Assembly (NCBI GenBank): GCA_050178385.1
Contig: JBFXGD010000011.1
Span: 1 to 44,042, forward strand
From: Calditrichaceae bacterium
GTDB lineage: Bacteria > Calditrichota > Calditrichia > Calditrichales > JBFXGD01
Direction of reading: 5' to 3'
Length of the DNA: 44,042 nucleotides
The number at the start of each line of letters is the position of its first letter. The stretch's first letter is position 1. A program made the translations under genes and the position numbers. The notes below the pieces were generated by a model. The model was not told the origin of the DNA. It did not search any database and saw only the letters and a list, made by a program, of their open reading frames with translations. Of the stretch, positions 1 through 8,582 are shown one piece after another.

Positions 1-1173
1 ACAACCTGGAGGCAGGAAGGCGGTGATGACGCGTCTATCGCTATCAGTCTTTATGGAGATGATACAAACAAACTTGCCGAACTTTCAAAAGAAGTTGAAA
101 GACGTCTGCAGAACATTCCTGAAATTCTCAGCGTCGAAACCGATAATGAAAAAGGCGAAGATGAGATTACGGTGATTCTCAATCGGGAGCAGGCGCAGAA
201 ATACGGTATTAATCCAAGAACGGTCTCAGGGACGGTTATGTATGCCTTACGCGGTATACAGCTGCCAAAATTTCAGACTGATGAGAAAGAAATCACCATG
301 ACGATTCAGCTGCGCGAAGAGGATCGTGAGACACTTCAGCAGTTAAAAAATATAACATTCTTTACAAAAAACGGAAAAGAGATCCCCCTGGATGCCCTGG
401 CCAGTTTTTCGGTTAAAAAGGGTTTTGGTGATATCAGGCGAGAAAACGGGAAAACTTACCTGAGTATCAAAGCCAATACCACAGAACAGGACATGAGCTT
501 AATGTACGCGAAAGTTGATCAGGCGATGGCAGGATTCCAGATGCCCTATGGTTATTCCTGGAGCAAAGGCCAGAGATTCAGACGTATGGAGGAAGGCGAT
601 CAAAGTCAGGGCTTCGCGATAATCCTATCAATAACGTTTGTTTTCCTGCTGATGGGTATTCTGTTTGAGTCATTTGTACTCCCTTTATCTGTCATTATTG
701 CCATTCCCTTCTCTTTTGTGGGGGCTTACTGGCTGTTGTTTATAACGGATACTACCATAGATTTAATGAGCCGGATCGGATTCATTATTCTAATAGGGAT
801 TGTCGTTAACAATTCAATTGTTCTGATTGATCTGGTAAACCGGATGCGAAAAGAGGGGCATAACCGGTATGATGCTCTGATCGAAGCGGGACAAAAAAGG
901 TTCAGGCCGATCCTGATGACGGCTTTTACTACCATTGGTGGAATAATACCGATGGCTGTCGGAAATGCCAAGATGATAGGCATTGCTTACGCCCCAATGG
1001 GAAGAACAATTATAGGAGGGCTCATGTTCTCGACTTTTGTTTCATTGATCGCCGTGCCATGGGCATACACAATTTTTGATGATCTGCGTAATTATTTTAA
1101 AAGATTAATCGGCGGAGTGATTACAAGGAAACAAATTGGTAATACCGCCGTAAAAATAGATATACCGCGATAG
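1..1173 (+). CDS. RND efflux transporter permease (AcrB/AcrD/AcrF family), 5'-truncated by the window edge
   Basis: Frame is open from base 1. C-terminal RND TM motifs LFESFVLPLSVIIAIP, GIVVNNSIVLID, RFRPILMT and IIGGLMFSTFVSL are present. Confidence 0.93.
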   Translation, partial: TTWRQEGGDDASIAISLYGDDTNKLAELSKEVERRLQNIPEILSVETDNEKGEDEITVILNREQAQKYGINPRTVSGTVMYALRGIQLPKFQTDEKEITMTIQLREEDRETLQQLKNITFFTKNGKEIPLDALASFSVKKGFGDIRRENGKTYLSIKANTTEQDMSLMYAKVDQAMAGFQMPYGYSWSKGQRFRRMEEGDQSQGFAIILSITFVFLLMGILFESFVLPLSVIIAIPFSFVGAYWLLFITDTTIDLMSRIGFIILIGIVVNNSIVLIDLVNRMRKEGHNRYDALIEAGQKRFRPILMTAFTTIGGIIPMAVGNAKMIGIAYAPMGRTIIGGLMFSTFVSLIAVPWAYTIFDDLRNYFKRLIGGVITRKQIGNTAVKIDIPR

Positions 1174-1191
1174 GTATATTGCAAAAACAGG

Positions 1192-1228
1192 AAAGGGGAG
1201 ATCCGGCAATGGATTTCCCCTTTTTTTT
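1192..1228. terminator. Intrinsic terminator, probably bidirectional, between convergent RND and homoaconitase genes
   Basis: Stem AAAGGGGAGATCC / GGATTTCCCCTTT (one G-U pair) with loop GGCAAT, followed by a T8 run; A-rich on the left side. Confidence 0.8.
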
Positions 1229-1229
1229 A

Positions 1230-3197
1230 TTAAATCTGTTTTTTTACCCAGTTCTCGAGGCCTTCGTCCAGCACCAGTTCCTGAGCAGCAGCTCCAACCG
1301 GACTGATATTGTACTGTTTATCCGGTGTTTTAAGAGTCGAATTTCTAAAATCAATCTCAGCAATAATACCAGTGCGGATGGTCAGCTTTTCCTTTCCAAA
1401 GCGGTTCTTTAGATCTTTAACAAGCTCGGGAGCTTCGATTACGAGAAATCCGTTATTGATTGCGTTACGCTTATAGGTTTCGCTGAATGATCCAGATAGA
1501 ACGAGTTGCAGTCCGCGGTATTTTAAAGCCGTTGCAGCCTGTTCACGCGAACTGCCGGTTCCAAAATTGAACCCGCCGACCAGAATATCCCCCTTTTTAA
1601 CTAAATTGTCGAATTCCGGGTCGTAATTTTCCATAACAACTTTAGCCTGTTGTTCAGGGGTTATATCATCCATGTAGGTGTATTTTCCGGGATATATGCC
1701 ATCCGTGTTCAAGTTGTCCTGATGACAGAATAACAATTCACCCTGCATTTTTTCCGGAAATCCGTCAAGAATTCTCACTTTGGCGGATTTCCCGGATGAC
1801 TTACCGAGCGATTTGATTTCTCCGCTCGTTTCCACGGCTTCAAAATTGTAGGGCATATCAATAAAACCGGCCAATGCTGACGCGGCGACGACTGCCGGTG
1901 AAGCAAGATAGGCCTGAGCTTCAGGGGAGCCCATTCTTCCTTTAAAATTGCGGTTTGTCGCCGAAATTCCTACTTCACCTGCTTCGAGAAGACCTGTTCC
2001 GAGGCCGATGCACGGGCCGCATCCCGGGGGAAGAGGAATGGCGCCGGCATCCAGTAAAGCTTGCCAGTCACCGCGTTTTTCGCTTTCAGCCTGAACCTCG
2101 CTTGATGCCGCCGCGATATAGAATTTAACTCCGCCGGCAACTTTTTTACCCCTTACAACTGCGGCCGCTTCCGAAATATCTTCCAAACGGCTGTTTACAC
2201 AGGAAACCAGATAGGCTTTATGGATTTGAATCTTACGGTCGCGAATATCCGCGACGGATGTCATATTTTTAACAGTATTCGGACCAGAAACATGCGGCCT
2301 GACCGTGTCCAGATCAAGGGTCAGCTCCTTGCTGTAAACGGCTTGTGAATCAGCGGTGACGATTTTATTTTCAAGAGCTTTTATACGCTCACTATTTATC
2401 CGCGGATGACGGCCTCCGCCGTCTTTGTCAGATAATACGCCTTCCAATCCCCGTTCATTGATAAATTTTTCACGCTTTGTTAACCAATTAATTGTAACCT
2501 GGTCAATCGGAAATATTCCCGCCAGCGCGCCCCATTCAGTGGTCATATTGGCAATTGTAAGACGCTGGTCAATAGACAATTCCCTGATGCCGTCACCTGT
2601 GAATTCAACGGCATGATTCAGTACTTCATCCGAATTAAAATATCCGGCTAAAGTAATAATAACATCTTTCCCCGTGACGCCTTTTTTTAATCTGCCGCGG
2701 AGTTCAACCCGCGCGACAGGCGGTACCTGCCACCAGGTTCTTCCGGTTGCCCAAATAGCCGCCGCATCCGTTCTGACAATGGGTGTGCCGAGGCAGCCCA
2801 GACCGCCGTACATGTTGGAATGGCTGTCCGAAGCGACGACCATAGTCCCGGGAAAGGCATATCCTTCTTCACACATGATTTGATGACCAATTCCCCTGCC
2901 GGCAGGGTAGAAATCAACGCCCATTTCTGCCCCAAACGCTTCAATTCTTCTATATTTATCAAGATTTTTTTCTCCGGTATCCTGAACATTATGATCCAAT
3001 GTAAAAACAACCTGCCTCGGATTCGTCATCTTTGTAGCGCCGATAGACTGAAATTTTGGTATAACGGCGCCTGTGTTGTCATGCGTCATTACATAAGCGG
3101 GTTGAATGGAAAGATAATCGCCGCTGTGAACTTCATGCCCATCATCAAGACCGACCGCAAAAATCTGTGCGATTTTTTCCACTAAATTTTGTGCCAT
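1230..3197 (-). CDS. lysF: Homoaconitase (homoaconitate hydratase), single-chain fungal Lys4/LysF type
   Basis: Large and small aconitase-family domains are fused. Motifs: THDN, DHN, GRGIGHQ, ASDSHSN, RLTIANMTTEWGA, 4Fe-4S ligands SCVNSR and GCGPCIG, TNRNFKGRMG, small-subunit NLNTDGIYPG and NFGTGSSREQA. AGGAG RBS upstream. Confidence 0.88.
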   Translation of the reverse strand: MAQNLVEKIAQIFAVGLDDGHEVHSGDYLSIQPAYVMTHDNTGAVIPKFQSIGATKMTNPRQVVFTLDHNVQDTGEKNLDKYRRIEAFGAEMGVDFYPAGRGIGHQIMCEEGYAFPGTMVVASDSHSNMYGGLGCLGTPIVRTDAAAIWATGRTWWQVPPVARVELRGRLKKGVTGKDVIITLAGYFNSDEVLNHAVEFTGDGIRELSIDQRLTIANMTTEWGALAGIFPIDQVTINWLTKREKFINERGLEGVLSDKDGGGRHPRINSERIKALENKIVTADSQAVYSKELTLDLDTVRPHVSGPNTVKNMTSVADIRDRKIQIHKAYLVSCVNSRLEDISEAAAVVRGKKVAGGVKFYIAAASSEVQAESEKRGDWQALLDAGAIPLPPGCGPCIGLGTGLLEAGEVGISATNRNFKGRMGSPEAQAYLASPAVVAASALAGFIDMPYNFEAVETSGEIKSLGKSSGKSAKVRILDGFPEKMQGELLFCHQDNLNTDGIYPGKYTYMDDITPEQQAKVVMENYDPEFDNLVKKGDILVGGFNFGTGSSREQAATALKYRGLQLVLSGSFSETYKRNAINNGFLVIEAPELVKDLKNRFGKEKLTIRTGIIAEIDFRNSTLKTPDKQYNISPVGAAAQELVLDEGLENWVKKQI

Positions 3198-3243
3198 AAA
3201 AGATCTCCTGTTTCAATAATCCGATATTAATATAAACAATCCA

Positions 3244-3273
3244 ATTTTACATCTAAAATGCCTCATAGCGCAA
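3244..3273 (-). promoter_or_regulatory. Candidate sigma70 promoter for lysF
   Basis: Minus strand reads TTGCGC-N18-TAAAAT, about 46 bp upstream of the start codon. Confidence 0.35.
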
Positions 3274-3468
3274 GGAAATTGAGGGATATTTATACAGTAT
3301 AAAACATTCGCATAGTCCCGCTTACGGGTTGGCCGGGCATAATATTGATATTCTGTCATTTTTTTCGATAAAAATATTAGAATTTGTCTGTCAGACCGAT
3401 TAAATTAAAGAATACGTTTATTCTACATGCCGGATCAGAGAAATAATTGATATGAAAATTAAAATACG

Positions 3469-4467
3469 ATGAATAATAATATGAGAGTAAAGGCCCGGGC
3501 CAATTCAAATATCGCCCTGATAAAATATTGGGGTAAAAAAAACATCGGCTTAAATCTTCCGGCGGTTGGTTCGATATCACTCACATTGAATGAATTATAT
3601 ACAGAAACTTCTGTCGAATTCAAATCCGATTTATCACAGGATCACCTGGTTCTGAACGGTCAATCTGCCTCGGCTCATGATACAAACAGAGCTAGCCGGT
3701 TCCTGGATATAATTCGAAAACGAAGCAATACGGAACTTTATGCGGAAGTGATAAGCTCGAATAATTTTCCGACTTCCGCCGGTCTGGCTTCTTCCGCCTC
3801 TGGATTTGCCTGTTTGGCACTGGCGGGATCAAGCGCAGCCGGGCTCGATCTGACACCTGTTCAGCTATCAGAACTGGCGCGCCTTGGCTCCGGTTCGGCG
3901 GCCAGATCAATATTCGGCGGATTTGTTGAAATGAAAAAAGGCCGGGAATCAGACGGTTCGGATTCTGTAGCTGAGCAGATCGCAATGAAGAATTTTTGGG
4001 ATTTGCGCCTCTTAATCGCGATTACATCAGAAGAAAAGAAAAAAACAGGTTCGACGGACGGAATGATTCTGACGCGAAATACATCTCCATATTACGGTTC
4101 GTGGATTGAAAGTTCTGAAAACGATCTGGTTGAAATGCGGGATGCTATAAAAAGACGTGACTTTGAAGCATTGGGGGAATTGACCGAATACAGCTGTTTG
4201 AAAATGCACGCGTTGGCCATGGCTGCAAGGCCTGGCTTAATATACTGGAATAATACTACTATAGATCTGATACATTTTATCAGGGATTTGCGTAAAAAAG
4301 GGGTCCCTGTGTATTTTACGATTGATGCGGGGCCTCAGGTTAAAGCCGTTTGCCTTCCTGAACATGTGGGGAAGGTGCGGGACGAAATCAGGAAAAATCG
4401 CGGAGTCCTGCGTGTTATAGAAACGGATCTTGGTGGCAACGCGGAGATACTCGGAGAAGAATATTGA
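3469..4467 (+). CDS. mvaD: Diphosphomevalonate decarboxylase
   Basis: NIALIKYWGK, SISLTL, NNFPTSAGLASSASGFA, ARLGSGSAARSIFGGF, GSTDGM, FTIDAGPQVK. The start may be the ATG at 3481. Confidence 0.95.
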   Translation: MNNNMRVKARANSNIALIKYWGKKNIGLNLPAVGSISLTLNELYTETSVEFKSDLSQDHLVLNGQSASAHDTNRASRFLDIIRKRSNTELYAEVISSNNFPTSAGLASSASGFACLALAGSSAAGLDLTPVQLSELARLGSGSAARSIFGGFVEMKKGRESDGSDSVAEQIAMKNFWDLRLLIAITSEEKKKTGSTDGMILTRNTSPYYGSWIESSENDLVEMRDAIKRRDFEALGELTEYSCLKMHALAMAARPGLIYWNNTTIDLIHFIRDLRKKGVPVYFTIDAGPQVKAVCLPEHVGKVRDEIRKNRGVLRVIETDLGGNAEILGEEY

Positions 4468-5546
4468 CCTTAAAGACTACTGCACCCGGTAAGATGATAC
4501 TTTTGGGGGAATATGCCGTCCTCGAAGGAGCTCCGGCTCTTGTCTGCGCCGTTGACAGATATGCGGTCATCAGAACCCAAAAAAGAGATGACAATCGTTT
4601 TTGCGTTGATTCATCTTCCATTCATGTAAAACCAGTTGATTTTGAAGTCACTGCCTCAGGTCTTATCGGTTTTGATTCAAACACCGATTCCGTATCAAGA
4701 AAAAAACTTAATTTTTTCAAAGTGACATTTGAGTTTGCCTGGCAGTACTTTAAAGCGCTCGGCATAAAAATACCTCCTTCTCACTTTTCAATGAATACAA
4801 ATTTATTTTATTCGCCGGATCTCACAAAAAAATATGGTTTTGGATCCAGCGCGGCAATGACGGTCGCGTTATTTTCAGGTTTATTCAGGCTTGCCGGGCT
4901 GTCTTTTGAAGAAGGGGAAGATAGGGCGAGATTATTTCGTTTAGCTTTAGGTGCGCACCGCAAGGCTCAGGGTAATTTGGGTAGCGGTATTGATATTGCC
5001 GCCAGTACATATGGCGGGATGCTTGTCTTTAAAATGTTACTCGACAAAGAAGCAAAACAGGTCGCTCCTCAGCCTGTTGATATATGCCAGGGACTTTATA
5101 TGACTCCGGTATGGACCGGCTCATCCGAATCGACCAGAAAAATGATTCGCAGTGTCAGTCAGCTGAAAAAAGAAAATCAGAACGTATATCATGATGTTAT
5201 TAATAAACTGACCGGGCTTTCTGAGCATGGCTGCCTCGCTTACAGAGAACATGATGTCGCTAAGTTTATGTCAATTGTTAGGGAATATTATGAAGTGCTC
5301 GCCTTTTTAGGAAATAAAAGCGATACGCCGATTATCTCCCCGGTTCATCAAAAATTGGCGGAATTAGTCGGAGCCGCCGGCGGGGTATATAAACCATCAG
5401 GCGCGGGCAGCGGTGATATTGGAATTGCATTTTCCGATAATCCGGAAAAAAAAGCGAATATTATAGAAAAAGTAAGGTTAGAAGGGTATCAAACGATTGA
5501 CATCGTGCCTGCTTCGGCGGGAGCAAGTTCAGCAATCTTGAATTAA
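4464..5546 (+). CDS. mvaK2: Phosphomevalonate kinase (GHMP family)
   Basis: APGKMILLGEYAVL, KYGFGSSAA, AQGNLGSGIDIAASTYGG, KPSGAGSGDIG. TTG start overlaps the mvaD stop (TTGA). Mevalonate operon context. Confidence 0.8.
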   Translation: MTLKTTAPGKMILLGEYAVLEGAPALVCAVDRYAVIRTQKRDDNRFCVDSSSIHVKPVDFEVTASGLIGFDSNTDSVSRKKLNFFKVTFEFAWQYFKALGIKIPPSHFSMNTNLFYSPDLTKKYGFGSSAAMTVALFSGLFRLAGLSFEEGEDRARLFRLALGAHRKAQGNLGSGIDIAASTYGGMLVFKMLLDKEAKQVAPQPVDICQGLYMTPVWTGSSESTRKMIRSVSQLKKENQNVYHDVINKLTGLSEHGCLAYREHDVAKFMSIVREYYEVLAFLGNKSDTPIISPVHQKLAELVGAAGGVYKPSGAGSGDIGIAFSDNPEKKANIIEKVRLEGYQTIDIVPASAGASSAILN

Positions 5547-5574
5547 CATAAGTTTAGATAAGAGGATTAGCAAA

Positions 5575-7827
5575 ATGGGGACTTCCAGAATTCCTAAATT
5601 TTATAAGTACTCTGTCCAGGAGCGATTAAGAATTTTACAGCAGAAAAAATATCTTAGTGAAGAAGATTATACTCTCTTGAGAAACGGAAACGGACTTTTG
5701 CGTCCTGAAGATTCCGATAAAATGGTGGAGAATGTCATCGGTGTATTTGGGTTACCGATGGGACTGGGTTTGAATTTTTTGATTAATAATAAAGACTATA
5801 TTATTCCCATGGTGGTTGAAGAGCCTTCGATTATAGCGGCAGTTAGTTCAGCCGCGAAAATTGTCCGTCAGAATGGTGGCTTTATCAGTGAGAGCAGCGA
5901 ATCTCTTCTTGTAGGTCAGATACAGGTGGTCGATATTCAGAATGTGACTAAAGCGCATAATGCGATTCTTCAAAATAAGGATGAAATTCTTAACCTTGCA
6001 AACAGTCTTCACCCTAATATGGTAGCAAGAGGCGGAGGCGCGAGAGATGTTGAAGTAAGAATATTGCCATTATCATCCCATGGAGGGGATATGATCATCG
6101 TACATCTTCTCGTCGACACACGGGACGCGATGGGGGCGAATCTGGTCAATAGTATGTGTGAGGGTGTTGCCTCGCTTATTGAAAAAATTACGGGGGGAAA
6201 GGTATTCCTGAGGATATTATCCAACCTGGCCGACAGATCGCTGGTACGGGCAAGATGCGTAGTGCCCGTCAAAAATATCGCGGGCAAAGGATATTCCGGT
6301 GAAGAAGTGCGTGATGGTATTATTCTGGCAAGTGAATTTGCAATCGTTGATCCCTACAGGGCCGCGACACACAACAAAGGTATAATGAACGGCATTGACC
6401 CGGTGGTGATCGCGACAGGTAATGACTGGCGCGCAATCGAGGCATCGGTCCACGCTTATGCGGCCCGCGGCAAAAGCTACACATCACTCACAAAGTGGGA
6501 ACAAAATGAGAATGGTGACCTTGTAGGGTCTATAGAAATACCCATAAGAGTTGGTATTGTCGGCGGTCCCCTGCAAAGTAATCCCACTGTCCCCATAGCG
6601 CATCATATTTTAAACATTAGTTCTGCGCGAGAGCTTGCGGAAGTTCTTGCCGCAGTCGGTTTGGCGCAAAATTTGGCTGCATTACGAGCGCTCGCGACGG
6701 AAGGTATTCAGCGAGGTCACATGAGTCTTCATGCCCGCAGTGTAGCGATTGCCGCCGGCGCGACTCCGGATGTGTTTGAAACGGTTGTTGAAAAATTAAT
6801 CGGATCCGGTGATATCAAGATCTGGAAAGCAAAGGAAATTATAGAAACCATTAAAAATTCCGAAGAACCGGGTCAGGCTGATATGGTTCTAAAACCGTCG
6901 GCTGAAAAATTACCGACAGGTCACGGCAAAATTATCTTACTCGGAGAACATGCCGTTGTTTACGGAAGTCATGCAATCGCCGCGCCTGTTCCTTTGGCCA
7001 TGCAGGCCCGGGTGGCTGATTCCGACAAGGATGGCGTTCATTTGATCATCCCCAGATGGGGAGTAGAAGAAAGACTGCAAAGAGGGGTTGATCATAAATA
7101 TTCTATCTTTAAATCACTAGATTTGATACTCAGCGAACTTGATCTGCATGAGAAAAATATGCAGATCGAAGTTTTTCCCCATGTACCCCGTGCTATGGGG
7201 TTAGGCGGTTCGGCCGCGCTTGCTGTCGCAATCATTCGAGCGCTTTCAGAGCAATTTAAAATTAATTTATCGGAGGAAGATGTAGCCAGACTTTCTTTTG
7301 AATCAGAGAAAATAGTACATGGGTCTGCTTCCGGAATAGACAATACCCTTGCCACCTATGGGAAGTTTATACTGTTTCAAAAAGGAAATCCGCCCAAAAT
7401 GGAAACAATAGAGACATCAAACCCGGTCAGGATTGTAATCGGTTTGACCTGGATTGAGAGTCTTACCGCGAGAATGGTCGCGAGAGTGAAAACAGCCTGG
7501 GAAAGAAACAAGGTACTTTACAATCATATTTTTAAAGAGATTGATGCTCTTGTACTTCAAGGAGTTGATGCTATAAAAAACAATGATCTTGAACATTTAG
7601 GTGATTTAATGAATATAAATCAGGGGTTGTTGAACGCGATTCAGGTTTCGGGAAGAGAGATTGAAGAGTTAGTGGATATCGCCAGGGCAAACGGCGCGCT
7701 TGGCGCGAAATTAACCGGCGGCGGGGGTGGGGGCGCCGTGATTGCGCTTTGTCCGGATAACGCGGAAAAAGTTGCGGGAGCCATAAAAAGCGCGGGTTAT
7801 CAGGCATTCATAACTGATATTAAATAA
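5575..7827 (+). CDS. Fusion of class II HMG-CoA reductase (N-terminal ~425 aa) and mevalonate kinase (from ~aa 449)
   Basis: HMGR motifs: ENVIG, EEPSI, DAMGAN, ATHNKGIMNGID, GNDWRAIEA, GIQRGHMSLH. MVK motifs: GKIILLGEHAVVYG, PRAMGLGGSAA, HGSASGID, GAKLTGGGGGG. No stop codon between the two domains. Confidence 0.92.
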   Translation: MGTSRIPKFYKYSVQERLRILQQKKYLSEEDYTLLRNGNGLLRPEDSDKMVENVIGVFGLPMGLGLNFLINNKDYIIPMVVEEPSIIAAVSSAAKIVRQNGGFISESSESLLVGQIQVVDIQNVTKAHNAILQNKDEILNLANSLHPNMVARGGGARDVEVRILPLSSHGGDMIIVHLLVDTRDAMGANLVNSMCEGVASLIEKITGGKVFLRILSNLADRSLVRARCVVPVKNIAGKGYSGEEVRDGIILASEFAIVDPYRAATHNKGIMNGIDPVVIATGNDWRAIEASVHAYAARGKSYTSLTKWEQNENGDLVGSIEIPIRVGIVGGPLQSNPTVPIAHHILNISSARELAEVLAAVGLAQNLAALRALATEGIQRGHMSLHARSVAIAAGATPDVFETVVEKLIGSGDIKIWKAKEIIETIKNSEEPGQADMVLKPSAEKLPTGHGKIILLGEHAVVYGSHAIAAPVPLAMQARVADSDKDGVHLIIPRWGVEERLQRGVDHKYSIFKSLDLILSELDLHEKNMQIEVFPHVPRAMGLGGSAALAVAIIRALSEQFKINLSEEDVARLSFESEKIVHGSASGIDNTLATYGKFILFQKGNPPKMETIETSNPVRIVIGLTWIESLTARMVARVKTAWERNKVLYNHIFKEIDALVLQGVDAIKNNDLEHLGDLMNINQGLLNAIQVSGREIEELVDIARANGALGAKLTGGGGGGAVIALCPDNAEKVAGAIKSAGYQAFITDIK

Positions 7828-7911
7828 TTGTCAGCAAAGGCTGTTTTTAGCATTATTTGAAGTGCGGTCAAAATCATAAAGTTATAATTTTAAAGGAATT
7901 AAAGGGGTAAA

Positions 7912-8478
7912 ATGACAGTAAATGACAAAATTGTCTCTTTTGATGATGAAAAATTAATCCTGGTTGATGATTCCGACAATGAAATTGGTCATAAAAGTAA
8001 AGCGGAATGTCATGATGATCAGGGGATATTACATCGCGCTTTTTCAATTTTCATTTTTAATTCAAAGAGAGAACTTTTACTTCAGAAACGTGGCGCTGAA
8101 AAACGATTATGGCCTCTCTACTGGTCAAACAGCTGCTGCAGTCATCCCAGGGAAGGGGAGACGTATGATTTTGCCACTCAGCGAAGATTAAAGGAAGAAT
8201 TAGGCTTCGGGAGTGACTTATCCTATCTTTTTAAGTTCAAATATCATGCGTCTTTTGAAGATAAAGGTTCTGAATACGAGTTATGTTCGGTTTTTATCGG
8301 AAAATCAGATCAGAGGCCGGAAGTTAATCCGAATGAAATCGATGAATGGAAGTATATTCCGATTGACGAACTGGAAAAGCAGATGGAAAACAATCCGGAA
8401 TGGTTCACACCCTGGTTTAAGATGGAGTGGAAAAGGATAAAAAATGAACATTTCCGGGAAATAGAATCGTTATTTTAG
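7912..8478 (+). CDS. idi: Isopentenyl-diphosphate delta-isomerase, type 1 (Nudix fold)
   Basis: LHRAFSIFIFN, LLLQKR, WSNSCCSHP, RRLKEELG, EYELC, FTPWF. Confidence 0.95.
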   Translation: MTVNDKIVSFDDEKLILVDDSDNEIGHKSKAECHDDQGILHRAFSIFIFNSKRELLLQKRGAEKRLWPLYWSNSCCSHPREGETYDFATQRRLKEELGFGSDLSYLFKFKYHASFEDKGSEYELCSVFIGKSDQRPEVNPNEIDEWKYIPIDELEKQMENNPEWFTPWFKMEWKRIKNEHFREIESLF

Positions 8479-8496
8479 TTTTACCGTTAAATTTGG

Positions 8497-8551
8497 ATGG
8501 CGGGGTGTCACCCATTAATTTGGATGGGTAATTTACTCCGCCGTTTTTTTT
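8497..8551 (+). terminator. Long-stem intrinsic terminator closing the mevalonate operon
   Basis: Outer stem ATGGCGGGGT (8497-8506) / ACTCCGCCGT (8535-8544) with two G-U pairs, inner stem ACCCAT/ATGGGT, then a T run. Confidence 0.7.
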
Positions 8552-8582
8552 ATTAATTTTCACAAACGAAGGATCAAACCTT

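Noticed and set aside
3198..3468. Lysine riboswitch upstream of lysF
   Set aside because: No recognisable L-box core. Only short hairpins (CCTCA/TGAGG, CCCG/CGGG) are present, and the candidate promoter leaves too short a leader.
1230..8478. Idea that the aconitase-family gene is the phosphomevalonate dehydratase (AcnX) of the archaeal-type mevalonate pathway
   Set aside because: Its motifs are Lys4/LeuC-like, it is divergently transcribed, and the operon already has the canonical kinase and decarboxylase steps.
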